Source: an uncultured Caenibius sp. (GTDB taxonomy: Bacteria; Pseudomonadota; Alphaproteobacteria; Sphingomonadales; Sphingomonadaceae). From it: a stretch of 64,000 bases of DNA. Positions within the stretch are counted from its first letter, which is position 1. Each line of letters starts with the position of its first letter. The notes below the pieces were generated by a model, which saw nothing but the letters and a program-made list of their open reading frames with translations, had not been told where the DNA came from and searched no databases. The stretch covers positions 21,392 to 85,391 of the forward strand of contig CAYXTO010000013.1 of NCBI GenBank assembly GCA_964468045.1, read 5' to 3'. Both the position numbers and the translations under genes were made by a program. Shown one piece after another: positions 7,244-15,760 of the stretch.

Positions 7244-9109
7244 CTATAGATCCACCACCAGTTGCGCGCCCCTTGCTCGGGATACGCACAGGCACATATG
7301 CCTGTTTTCGGCTTTCTCCTCGTCCGAGAAATAGGCGTCGCGATGCTCGGCCTCGCCGGAAACGATATCCGCCGCGCACCGCCCGCAGGTGCCCTGCATG
7401 CAGGCGAAGGGCACCTCGATCCCCGCCATCGCCAGCGCATCGATGATGGTGCGGTCGGGCGGCACCTCCACCGATCTGCCGGAGCGGGCGAGTTGCAGGT
7501 TGAACGCCCGGTTCTCGCTGTCGTCGGCAACGGCGGCCGAGAAGGATTCCGTGCGGATCTGGGCCTCGCGCCAGCCTCTCGCGGCTGCTTCCCGGCGGAG
7601 CCAGTCCATGAAGGGCTGCGGACCGCAGAGATAAAGCAGATCTTCCGACCCATGGGTTCCCAGCACTGCGTCGAGATCGATGCCCGAACCGCCCTCGGGC
7701 CGATCCAGATGCACCGTGGCGCAGCGTGACATCGGCCCCTGGGCAAGGTCCTTGCGGAACGCGATTGCGCCTTCATCCCGCGAACAGACATGGAGGTGAT
7801 AAGGCTTGCCCAGCGCATGGAGGCGATGCGCCATCGCCAGCAGCGGCGTGATGCCGATGCCGCCCGCCACCAGCACGAAGCGGGGTGCGTTTTCATAAAG
7901 CACGAAGTTGTTGCGCGGACGGGAGACCGCGATCTCGTCGCCCACCTTCAGCGCATGCATGGCGCGCGAGCCGCCGCGCCCGCCGTCCTCCCGCTTGACC
8001 GCGATGCGATAGCGATTGGCGGCCTGGTCGTGGGACACCAGGGAATATTGGCGGACCAGCCCGTCCGGCAGGTGAACCTCGACATGCGCCCCGGCATCGC
8101 CTGATGGCAGGACGCGGCCGTCGGCCGGCTCAAGATCGAAGGAACGGATGGCATCGGCCTGATCCTCGATCCTGGCGACGCGCATGGCGATCGGCGCACG
8201 ATCCTCCTCGGTCGGGATATGGAATTCTCCCGGCCCTTCGAACCAGCCGCGATCGGGGATGCCCTGCCGGCGCAATACGCCATTGGCGAGCTCCCATACG
8301 CGCCTGTACTTGTACCAGGGCACATGCGGCACGAGGTGGTGAATCGTGTGGTCTTCCTGTCCGAACATCAGCCGCCGGAACGATGAATTGCCCCGCACGT
8401 AAACCGTCGACTGGAACGGTTCATGCTCCCAGGTCAGCCCGGTGGGATGCTGGATATGCGCGAAGGTATAGGCGACGATACCCAGGCCCACGCGCTGCGG
8501 CACCACATAGAGCAGCAGGAATTCCTTCCACCAGGGCGACATCAGGAAGGCGACATGGGAAATCACCACCGTCGCCAGCATGATATGGAACCAGAGGGCG
8601 ACCTTGCCCGACCAGTAATGCCGGCCATAGCGATAATACCAGCCGACCCAGTGCAGATCGGCGAACATCAGGTAGGATACGCCCAGCCATTTCGGCAGAT
8701 CGACGAAGCCGGTGTCGGGATCGCGCCCTTCCTCGCCGGTATAGCGATGATGGTCCATATGAATGGCGCGGAACACCGTCATGTTCACACCGGGCAGGAG
8801 CAGCTGGCCGGGGATCACGCCGAGAAGATCGTTCAGCACGCCATTGCTGGAAACCGCGCGGTGCGAGGCATCGTGCAGCGGCGTGAAGGCCAGATAGACC
8901 GCGCCGAGGTTGAACAGCATCGCGATCCACAAGGGAAGATGGCCGCTCATATAGCCCCATACCCCGAGGCCGAACGCGCCCAGCGCCAGCGCGACCAGCG
9001 CCGCCTGCTGGAACGCCAGAAGCGGCACGCGCATCACATCCGCATAGCGCGGGTCTTTCACAACTTGATTAAGTACATCCCTGACTGCGGGATTTCTGGT
9101 CATGGCCAT
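7244..9109 (-). CDS. Membrane fatty-acid-desaturase-family di-iron enzyme fused to a phthalate-dioxygenase-reductase-type (flavin/NAD/2Fe-2S) reductase
   Basis: The N-terminal ~300 aa has TM helices and three His boxes (HDASH, HMDHHRY, HTIHHLVPHVPWY). The C-terminal ~310 aa has RxYS-like flavin site RQYSLVS, NAD site LVAGGIGITPLL and a plant-type ferredoxin motif CMQGTCGRCAADIVSGEAEH. Confidence 0.85.
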   Translation of the reverse strand: MAMTRNPAVRDVLNQVVKDPRYADVMRVPLLAFQQAALVALALGAFGLGVWGYMSGHLPLWIAMLFNLGAVYLAFTPLHDASHRAVSSNGVLNDLLGVIPGQLLLPGVNMTVFRAIHMDHHRYTGEEGRDPDTGFVDLPKWLGVSYLMFADLHWVGWYYRYGRHYWSGKVALWFHIMLATVVISHVAFLMSPWWKEFLLLYVVPQRVGLGIVAYTFAHIQHPTGLTWEHEPFQSTVYVRGNSSFRRLMFGQEDHTIHHLVPHVPWYKYRRVWELANGVLRRQGIPDRGWFEGPGEFHIPTEEDRAPIAMRVARIEDQADAIRSFDLEPADGRVLPSGDAGAHVEVHLPDGLVRQYSLVSHDQAANRYRIAVKREDGGRGGSRAMHALKVGDEIAVSRPRNNFVLYENAPRFVLVAGGIGITPLLAMAHRLHALGKPYHLHVCSRDEGAIAFRKDLAQGPMSRCATVHLDRPEGGSGIDLDAVLGTHGSEDLLYLCGPQPFMDWLRREAAARGWREAQIRTESFSAAVADDSENRAFNLQLARSGRSVEVPPDRTIIDALAMAGIEVPFACMQGTCGRCAADIVSGEAEHRDAYFSDEEKAENRHMCLCVSRARGAQLVVDL

Positions 9110-9144
9110 TGGTCAGCACTCCTGCTCCCGATTCTCCACGCTTT

Positions 9145-9185
9145 GCGTATATTAGATACGCATTATGCGCTTTGACCTGAGTCAA
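9145..9185 (-). promoter_or_regulatory. Two short inverted repeats in the promoter region of the desaturase-reductase gene
   Basis: GCGTAT-N5-ATACGC at 9145-9161 and TTGAC-CTGA-GTCAA at 9172-9185, 36-76 nt upstream of the start at 9109. On the minus strand a TAATAT -10-like hexamer overlaps the first repeat. Confidence 0.3.
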
Positions 9186-9232
9186 AATGGGAAAAAGCAG
9201 GAGCGGCGCCTGTGGTCGCGTCGCTTCAGTCG

Positions 9233-10189
9233 TCAGGCAGGATAGGGTGGCATCCCCATGCGCGCCCGCGCGCGGGCATAATCCTCCACCAGCCATTCGA
9301 TGTAATCGCCCGCCGGCTCGGAGCGCTTGATCGCGCCGATGCCCTGCCCCGCGCTCCAGATATCCTTCCAGGCCTTGGCATTGTCGCCGCCGCCGTCGAT
9401 ATTGATCGCCTTGCCTTCGGGGCGAACGAGCTGGGCCGGATCGAGGCCATTCTCGAGGATGGAGGGGCGCAGGAAATTGGCGTTCACCCCGGTGAAGCAA
9501 TTGGTCACCACGATATCGTCCGCCACGCCGTCGACGATCATCTGCTTGAAGCCGGGCTGGGTATTCGCTTCCGCGCTCGCGAGGAAGGGCGAGCCGATAT
9601 AGGCGAAATCCGCGCCGAGCACTTCCGCCGCCAGCACGGCCTGCCCGTTGGCGATCGCGCCGGACAGCAGCACCAGGCCATCCCACCATTCGCGCAGTTC
9701 CTGCATCAGTGCGAAAGGCGAGCGATCCCCCGTGTGCCCGCCGGCGCCCGCGCCCACCGCAATGATCCCGTCCACCCCCATCTCCGCACATTTGCGGGCA
9801 TGGCGGTCCTTGATCACATCCTGGAACACCAGCGAGCCATTGGCCTGCAAGGCGCGCACCAGATCGGGATTGGCGGCCAGCGCCAGCACCACGATCGGCA
9901 CCTTATGCTTCAGCACGATCTCCAGATCCGCTTCCAGCCGCGAGTTGGACTTGTGCGCCACCAAATTGATCGCATAGGGCACATCGCCGACGCTGGCCGC
10001 AATCCGCGCGATATCCGCATCCAGTTGCTCGCTGGTGCGCGGGTTGAGCGCGGGCATCGAACCGATGATCCCGGCCCTGCACTGCTCGATCACCAGATCG
10101 GCGGTGGAGGCGATGAACATCGGCCCGGCCATGACCGGCAGCCGCAAATTGGCCTTCAGGCGGCGCGCAAGCTCGGCGCGATTGGACAT
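9233..10189 (-). CDS. FMN-dependent oxidoreductase, nitronate monooxygenase (NMO / 2-nitropropane dioxygenase) family
   Basis: Start moved to MSNRAEL (ATG 10187-10189), 1 nt after the upstream stop. TIM-barrel NMO pattern: LPVMAGPMFIAS, GVDGIIAVGAGAGGHTG, GADFAYIGSPFLAS. Confidence 0.85.
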   Translation of the reverse strand: MSNRAELARRLKANLRLPVMAGPMFIASTADLVIEQCRAGIIGSMPALNPRTSEQLDADIARIAASVGDVPYAINLVAHKSNSRLEADLEIVLKHKVPIVVLALAANPDLVRALQANGSLVFQDVIKDRHARKCAEMGVDGIIAVGAGAGGHTGDRSPFALMQELREWWDGLVLLSGAIANGQAVLAAEVLGADFAYIGSPFLASAEANTQPGFKQMIVDGVADDIVVTNCFTGVNANFLRPSILENGLDPAQLVRPEGKAINIDGGGDNAKAWKDIWSAGQGIGAIKRSEPAGDYIEWLVEDYARARARMGMPPYPA

Positions 10190-10190
10190 T

Positions 10191-11042
10191 CTAGTTACCC
10201 CTCCATTCGATGCGGCCGCCGTCGAGCACCTTGCGATCCCCCACAAAGCCCTGGAAATGCGCCTGCGTCCCGTCCTTCCATATCCGGAAAGTCAGGGTGT
10301 CGCCCGGCATCACCACGCCCGAAAAACGGCACGACAGATGGCCGACAGCCGACGGGTCCCGGCCCAGCGCGCGGGAAACGGCGACGCCCGCGATGCCGTA
10401 GCTCGCCAGCCCTTGCAGGATCGGCCGCTCGAACCCGGCCTTCTTGGCGAAATCGGGCTTGAGATGGAGCGGGTTCCAGTCCCCCGACAGGCGATAGATC
10501 AGCGCCGCGCGCGGCGACGTCTCGAAGCTGCCGGTCGCATCGGGATCACTCGCAAAATCGAAGCCCTGCTCGCGCGCGGGCGGCTCCCCGCCGAAGCCGC
10601 CATCGCCGCGCAGCAACAGCGTCTGGTGCAGGCGGCAATAGGAGCGGCCATCGGCGGCGTCGCGGATTTCCCGCTCCACCACCATGATCGCGCCCTTGCC
10701 TTCGCCGCGATCCGCCAGCGTATGGACACGGGCAGTGCCGACGATCTCGCCGGAGGCGGGCAGCGGATGCTCGAACCACGCCGCCTGCGCCATATGGACC
10801 AGCTTGGTGAAGTCGATCCCGAACTTGGGGTCGCGCATCCACATGCCGGGCGAGGCCAGCGTCACCGCATAGGTGGGCAGCACCTTGAGCGCGGTCTCGT
10901 CCATGAAGGCGAGATCGCCTTCATCGAGCGGATCGCGGGCAAGACCGACCCCCAATGCGTAGAGGATCGCGTCGCGCGCCTGCCATGCATGGCGCGTCTC
11001 GCCGAAATCATGGGCGAACAGCGCGGCGCTATCGATCGGCAT
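10191..11042 (-). CDS. MaoC-like double hot-dog (R)-specific enoyl-CoA hydratase (MFE-2 hydratase-2-like)
   Basis: 283 aa. C-terminal half has the hydratase-2 motif region YRLSGDWNPLHLKPDFAKKAGFERPILQGL. The N-terminal half is a degenerate hot-dog, as in peroxisomal MFE-2 / Hsd4B-type proteins. Confidence 0.85.
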   Translation of the reverse strand: MPIDSAALFAHDFGETRHAWQARDAILYALGVGLARDPLDEGDLAFMDETALKVLPTYAVTLASPGMWMRDPKFGIDFTKLVHMAQAAWFEHPLPASGEIVGTARVHTLADRGEGKGAIMVVEREIRDAADGRSYCRLHQTLLLRGDGGFGGEPPAREQGFDFASDPDATGSFETSPRAALIYRLSGDWNPLHLKPDFAKKAGFERPILQGLASYGIAGVAVSRALGRDPSAVGHLSCRFSGVVMPGDTLTFRIWKDGTQAHFQGFVGDRKVLDGGRIEWRGN

Positions 11043-11046
11043 GGCG

Positions 11047-11961
11047 TCAGCAGGGGTCCCAGGTGAACACGTCGCCCGAGCGGTGCAGCGGATAGAAATC
11101 GTTGCGAAACTGGTCGAACACCCGCTCCGTCACCGTTTCCGGCGTCCAGCCATCCGAAGTATGCGCGGTGCGGATCGGGCGCGGCTGCGAGAACAGGTAG
11201 ATCTCGTTGTTGCGCACGCCGAAGATCTGCCCGGTCACGTCCCTCGCCTCGTCACTGGTCAGGGCCACCACGAAGGGCGCGATCTTGTTGGCATCGAGCT
11301 TCTTCAGCCCTTCCACGCGCTTCTGCTGTTCCGGCGTATCGGTCGGGATCGAATCGATCATCCGGGTCCAGGCGAAGGGCGCGACCGCGTTGGAACGCAC
11401 GCCGAAGCGCTGCATGTCGATCGCGATGCTCTTGGACAGGCCGACGATGCCCATCTTCGCCGATGCATAATTGGCCTGGCCGAAATTGCCGATCAGGCCC
11501 GCAGTGGACGTCATGTGGACATAGGCGCCGGAGCCCTGCTCCTTGAAGTAGGGGGCGGCGGCGCGGCTGGTGTTGAAGCTGCCCTTGAGGTGGACCGCCA
11601 GCACCGCGTCGAAATCGTCCGGCCCCATCTTGTGGAAGAACAGGTCGCGCAGATTGCCGGCATTGTTCACCACGCCGTCGATCCGGCCGAAATTGTCGAT
11701 GGCGGCCTTGATCATGGCGACGCCGCCTTCCCAATCCGCCACGGAATCATGGCTGGCGACAGCCTTGCCGCCCATGGCGCGGATCTCTTCCACGACCTGC
11801 TCGGCCGGCGAGGGGCCTTCCTGCCCTTCCCCGGTCAGCGAAACGCCGAGATCGTTGACCACCACGGCCGCGCCGGCCTTCGCCATTTCCAGCGCGATGC
11901 CGCGCCCGACGCCGCGCCCGGCGCCGGTGACGAGGACGGCCTTGCCTTCCATCATGCCCAT
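11047..11961 (-). CDS. SDR-family 3-hydroxyacyl-CoA dehydrogenase (MFE-2 dehydrogenase-domain-like)
   Basis: TGAGRGVGRG cofactor motif, NNAG, catalytic YASAKMG. The extended C-terminal region is as in MFE-2 / Hsd4A-type enzymes. 4 nt from the downstream hydratase gene. Confidence 0.85.
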   Translation of the reverse strand: MGMMEGKAVLVTGAGRGVGRGIALEMAKAGAAVVVNDLGVSLTGEGQEGPSPAEQVVEEIRAMGGKAVASHDSVADWEGGVAMIKAAIDNFGRIDGVVNNAGNLRDLFFHKMGPDDFDAVLAVHLKGSFNTSRAAAPYFKEQGSGAYVHMTSTAGLIGNFGQANYASAKMGIVGLSKSIAIDMQRFGVRSNAVAPFAWTRMIDSIPTDTPEQQKRVEGLKKLDANKIAPFVVALTSDEARDVTGQIFGVRNNEIYLFSQPRPIRTAHTSDGWTPETVTERVFDQFRNDFYPLHRSGDVFTWDPC

Positions 11962-11971
11962 GTGACTTACC

Positions 11972-13150
11972 TCAATAGCTCCTGGGGAGTTCCAGCACCT
12001 TTTCGGCGATGAAGCTCATGATCAGTTGTTCGGTGATGGGGGCGAGGCGGGTCAGCACGCTTTCGCGGAACAGCCGCTCGACGTGATATTCCTTGGCATA
12101 GCCGAAGCCGCCATGGGTCGCGACCGCCTGATAGGCCGCATCGAAGCAGGCCCGGGCCGCCAGGAACTTGGCCGCATTGGCTTCCGCCCCGCAGGGCAGG
12201 CCGCTGTCGTACAGGCGCGCGGCCTTCTCGACCATCAGCCAGGCGCTTTCCAGATACATCCACTTTTCCGCGAGCGGATGCTGGATGCCCTGGTTCTGGC
12301 CGATCTGCCGATCGAACACGACGCGTTCCTTGGCGTATTTCACTGCGCGGCGCAGCGCATCGCGGCCGATGCCGATCGCCTCGCAGGCGATCAGGATGCG
12401 TTCCGGGTTGAGGCTGTGCAGGATGTAGCCGAAGCCCTTGCCCTCCTCGCCGATCCGGTCCTCCTCGGGAATGAACAGGTCCTCGATGAAGATGGCGTTC
12501 GAATCCACCGCCTTGCGGCCCATCTTGGGGATCAGGTGGACGTCGATCTTGGAACGGTCGAGATCGGTGTAGAAGATCGTGATGCCATCGGTCGGCTTCT
12601 TGCAATCCTCGAACTTGGTGGTGCGCGTCAGCAGCATGATCTTGTTCGCCACCTGCGCGGTGGAGGTCCACACCTTCTGCCCGTTCACCCGATAGCCGCC
12701 CGGCACCTTCTCGGCGAAGGTCTTGATCCGGGTGGTGTTGAGCCCGGCATCCGGCTCGGTGAAGCCGAAGCACACCTGGTCCTCGCCAGCGACGAGCCGG
12801 GGCACCCAGCGCGCCTTCTGCTCGTCCGTGCCCTTGACCACGATGGGATGCGGGCCGAACAGATTGATGTGGATGGTGGACGCCGCCGCGAAGCCGCCGC
12901 CCGAAGCAGCGACCTCGTTCATCATGGTCATCGCTTCGGTCACACCGAGGCCGGACCCGCCATATTCCTCCGGCATGGTGATGCCCAGCCAGCCGCCCTC
13001 GGCCATGGCGCGGTGAAATTCGCGGGGGAACTTGCCGTCGTCGTCGCGGGCAAGCCAGTATTCGTCGTCGAAGGGTGCGCAGGCCGCGCGCACGCCTTCG
13101 CGAATGGCGTTCAGGTCTTCCTCCGTTGGCAGGGGCCGTTGCTCACTCAT
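11972..13150 (-). CDS. Acyl-CoA dehydrogenase
   Basis: 392 aa. ACAD blocks FGFTEPDAGLNTT, VNGQKVWTSTA, and C-terminal GGFGYAKEYHVERLFRES with the catalytic Glu context. Confidence 0.9.
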   Translation of the reverse strand: MSEQRPLPTEEDLNAIREGVRAACAPFDDEYWLARDDDGKFPREFHRAMAEGGWLGITMPEEYGGSGLGVTEAMTMMNEVAASGGGFAAASTIHINLFGPHPIVVKGTDEQKARWVPRLVAGEDQVCFGFTEPDAGLNTTRIKTFAEKVPGGYRVNGQKVWTSTAQVANKIMLLTRTTKFEDCKKPTDGITIFYTDLDRSKIDVHLIPKMGRKAVDSNAIFIEDLFIPEEDRIGEEGKGFGYILHSLNPERILIACEAIGIGRDALRRAVKYAKERVVFDRQIGQNQGIQHPLAEKWMYLESAWLMVEKAARLYDSGLPCGAEANAAKFLAARACFDAAYQAVATHGGFGYAKEYHVERLFRESVLTRLAPITEQLIMSFIAEKVLELPRSY

Positions 13151-13219
13151 CTTGTCAGGCTCCGTCTGATGTTTCTTGTCGAATAACGGGACATATGCAG
13201 GCGAGGGTCGCTCGCGATC

Positions 13220-14092
13220 TCATGCTTCTCCGGCGGCGGCCAGCGTCTTGCGGGCGGCGACCAGATGCGGGATGTCGACCATCTTGCCGTCGATCCCGAG
13301 CGTGCCCGCATCGGGATTGGCGGCAAAGGCATCCACCACGCGCCGGGCGAAAGCCACTTCCTCGTCCGAGGGGGAGAAGCAGCGATTGATCGTCTCGACC
13401 TGCGCGGGGTGGATCGCGACGCGGCCGGTAAACCCGTCGCGCCGGGCGCGGCGGCAATCGGCTTCCAGCCCTTCCGGGTCCTTGAAGTTGGCATAGAGCG
13501 TATCGAGCGGCGCCACTCCGGCGGCGGCGGCGGCGAACAGGCACTGCGCCCGCGCGACCTGATAGGGAAAGGTCCAGCTTCCGTCCGGTTCCTTGTTGTC
13601 GGTGATGCCGATCGCGGCGCCGAGATCCTCCGCCCCCCACGTCAAGCCGACCAGCCGCTCGCCGGCCTGCTGGTAGCTCCCGAGCGCGAACATGGCCGCC
13701 GGGGTTTCGGTGGAAACCACCGCGATCTTGACCGTGCCCTGCGCAATGCCCGAGCGCTGCTCCAGCGCGTCGAGATAATGGCCGATCCGCTCGATGTCGT
13801 GGGCGCCATTGGCCTTGGGCACCAGGATCCCGGCAAGGCCCGGGCGGACCACCGCGGAAAGATCCGCCAGGGTCAGCCCGGTATCGAGCGGGTTGATCCG
13901 CACGAACAGCGCCGGTTCGACCTCGCCCGCCTGGTCCAGCCAGCCCTGCACCATTTCGCGGGCGGTGTCCTTCATCGAAGGCGCGACCGAATCCTCCAGG
14001 TCCAGGATCAGCACGTCGGCGCCGCTCTCGCGGGCCTTGGCGAACTTCTTGTCCGAATCGCCCGGGACGAACAGAAGCGAGCGCAGCCTCAT
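13220..14092 (-). CDS. HpcH/HpaI-CitE family CoA-ester lyase (citryl/malyl/beta-hydroxyacyl-CoA lyase-like)
   Basis: Start moved to MRLRSLLFVPGDSDKKFAKA (ATG 14090-14092), which overlaps the upstream stop as ATGA. CitE-type pattern LFVPG, DVLILDLEDSV, GAEDLGAAIG. Confidence 0.85.
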   Translation of the reverse strand: MRLRSLLFVPGDSDKKFAKARESGADVLILDLEDSVAPSMKDTAREMVQGWLDQAGEVEPALFVRINPLDTGLTLADLSAVVRPGLAGILVPKANGAHDIERIGHYLDALEQRSGIAQGTVKIAVVSTETPAAMFALGSYQQAGERLVGLTWGAEDLGAAIGITDNKEPDGSWTFPYQVARAQCLFAAAAAGVAPLDTLYANFKDPEGLEADCRRARRDGFTGRVAIHPAQVETINRCFSPSDEEVAFARRVVDAFAANPDAGTLGIDGKMVDIPHLVAARKTLAAAGEA

Positions 14093-14544
14093 GCCTGCGG
14101 CTTCTTCATCATCAGCGCGTTGCGCACGGTGCGGCAGACCACCTCGTCGCGCTGGTTGTAGCCGACATGCTCGAAAGTGACGATGCCCTGGGTCGGGCGC
14201 GATTTGCTCTCGCGCAGCGCCAGAACCTTGGTTTCGCTGCGGATCGTATCGCCCGCGAACACCGGCTTGGGGAAGGTTGTCTCGGTCATCCCGAGATTGC
14301 CGATGGTCGTGCCGAAAGTGGTGTCCTGCACCGAAAGGCCGATGACGAGGCCCAGCGTGAACATCGAATTCATCAGCGGCTTGCCGAATTCGGTCGTCTC
14401 GCAATAGGCGTGGTCGATATGGATCGCCGCCGGATTATAGGTCAGCGACGAGTACAGCATATTGTCCATGTCGAGCACGGTCCGGCGGACTTCGTGCCGG
14501 AAAACCTGACCTTCGGTGAATTCATCGAAATACAAACCCGGCAT
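14089..14544 (-). CDS. MaoC-family (single hot-dog) enoyl-CoA hydratase/dehydratase
   Basis: Start at MPGLYFDEFTEGQVF (ATG 14542-14544) with GAGGGA upstream. The hot-dog fold pattern is comparable to itaconyl/mesaconyl-CoA hydratase-like proteins. Confidence 0.8.
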   Translation of the reverse strand: MPGLYFDEFTEGQVFRHEVRRTVLDMDNMLYSSLTYNPAAIHIDHAYCETTEFGKPLMNSMFTLGLVIGLSVQDTTFGTTIGNLGMTETTFPKPVFAGDTIRSETKVLALRESKSRPTQGIVTFEHVGYNQRDEVVCRTVRNALMMKKPQA

Positions 14545-14557
14545 CTGCCCTGCTCCC

Positions 14558-15760
14558 TCAATCCTTGCGGCCGAGAATCGAGACGGCCGCGACATTGTTG
14601 AACGGCGCGCCGCCCAGATTGTGAGTCAGACCGAACTTCACATCCTGCCGCTGCCGTTCGCCAGCGCGCCCTAGCAGTTGGTTGTAGACTTCGTAAGCCA
14701 TCCTGAGACCCGAAGCGCCGACCGGGTGCCCGAAGCACTTCAGCCCGCCGTCGAGCTGGCACGGGATCGCGCCGCCGGCATCATAGCGTCCATCGAGAAT
14801 ATCGGCGGGAGCGCGGCCGGGGTCGGACAGGCCGAGATCTTCCATGATCACCAGCTCGGTGATCGAGAAGCAGTCATGCACCTCGGTCAGATCGATATCC
14901 GCCTTGGGATCGGAAATCCCGGCTTCGGCATAGGCGCGCTGCGCCGCCGCCTGGGTATTGGGCACATGGGCGCCGTCCCATTCGGAGAACTGCATCTCGC
15001 TGCCGTTGCTGGCGGAAAGCTGGATCGCCTTGATCGTCACCGGGTTGTCGATGCCCAGTTCCTTCGCGATCTCGGGCGTGGTGAGAATGGCGGCGGCCGC
15101 ACCGTCGGACACGCCGCAGCAATCGAACAACCCCAGCGGATCGGCAATCAGCGGGGCATTGACGATAGTTTCCATATCGATCGCCTTGCGCAGATGCGCC
15201 TTGGGCGAATGGACCCCGTTCTGATGGCTCTTCCACGAAACATGCGCCATCGCGCGCTTGAGATCGCCCGCATCGACTCCGTGCCTGGCGGCATAGGCTC
15301 CGGCCAGTTGCGCGAAGGTGCCGGGCGCGGAACCGTAGGGCATCCACAGGTCGTTCTGCACGCCCTTGGTCTTGAGCGGCAGCCCGCCGTAGCCGGTGTC
15401 CTTGAGCTTCTCGACGCCGATGGCCAGCGCCACGTCGACCGCGCCGGACGCCACCGCATAGGCCGCGCCGCGCAGGGCCTCCGTGCCAGTCGCGCACATG
15501 TTCTCGACCCGCGTTACCGGAACCCGGTCCAGCCGCAGGGCATGCGCCGCCGGCAGCGAGCTGTTGCCGACATTGATGTCGTCCAGCGCATTGCCGACCC
15601 ACACCGCCTCGATCCGCTTCCGGTCGATCCCGGCGTCGGCCAGCGCCTCGGTGAAAGCCTCTACCATCAGCCCTTCAGCGGCGATGTCCCAGCGCTCGCC
15701 GAAACGGGTGCAGCCCATGCCGATGACGGCGACCTTGTCCCTGATTCCGCGAGCCATCAA
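14558..15760 (-). CDS. SCP-x / lipid-transfer-protein-type thiolase with a complete catalytic set
   Basis: Nucleophile loop VENMCATGTEAL, HDCFS, and GGLKCFGHPVGASG all present. The start overlaps the stop of the upstream gene (ATGA). Confidence 0.9.
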   Translation of the reverse strand: MMARGIRDKVAVIGMGCTRFGERWDIAAEGLMVEAFTEALADAGIDRKRIEAVWVGNALDDINVGNSSLPAAHALRLDRVPVTRVENMCATGTEALRGAAYAVASGAVDVALAIGVEKLKDTGYGGLPLKTKGVQNDLWMPYGSAPGTFAQLAGAYAARHGVDAGDLKRAMAHVSWKSHQNGVHSPKAHLRKAIDMETIVNAPLIADPLGLFDCCGVSDGAAAAILTTPEIAKELGIDNPVTIKAIQLSASNGSEMQFSEWDGAHVPNTQAAAQRAYAEAGISDPKADIDLTEVHDCFSITELVIMEDLGLSDPGRAPADILDGRYDAGGAIPCQLDGGLKCFGHPVGASGLRMAYEVYNQLLGRAGERQRQDVKFGLTHNLGGAPFNNVAAVSILGRKD

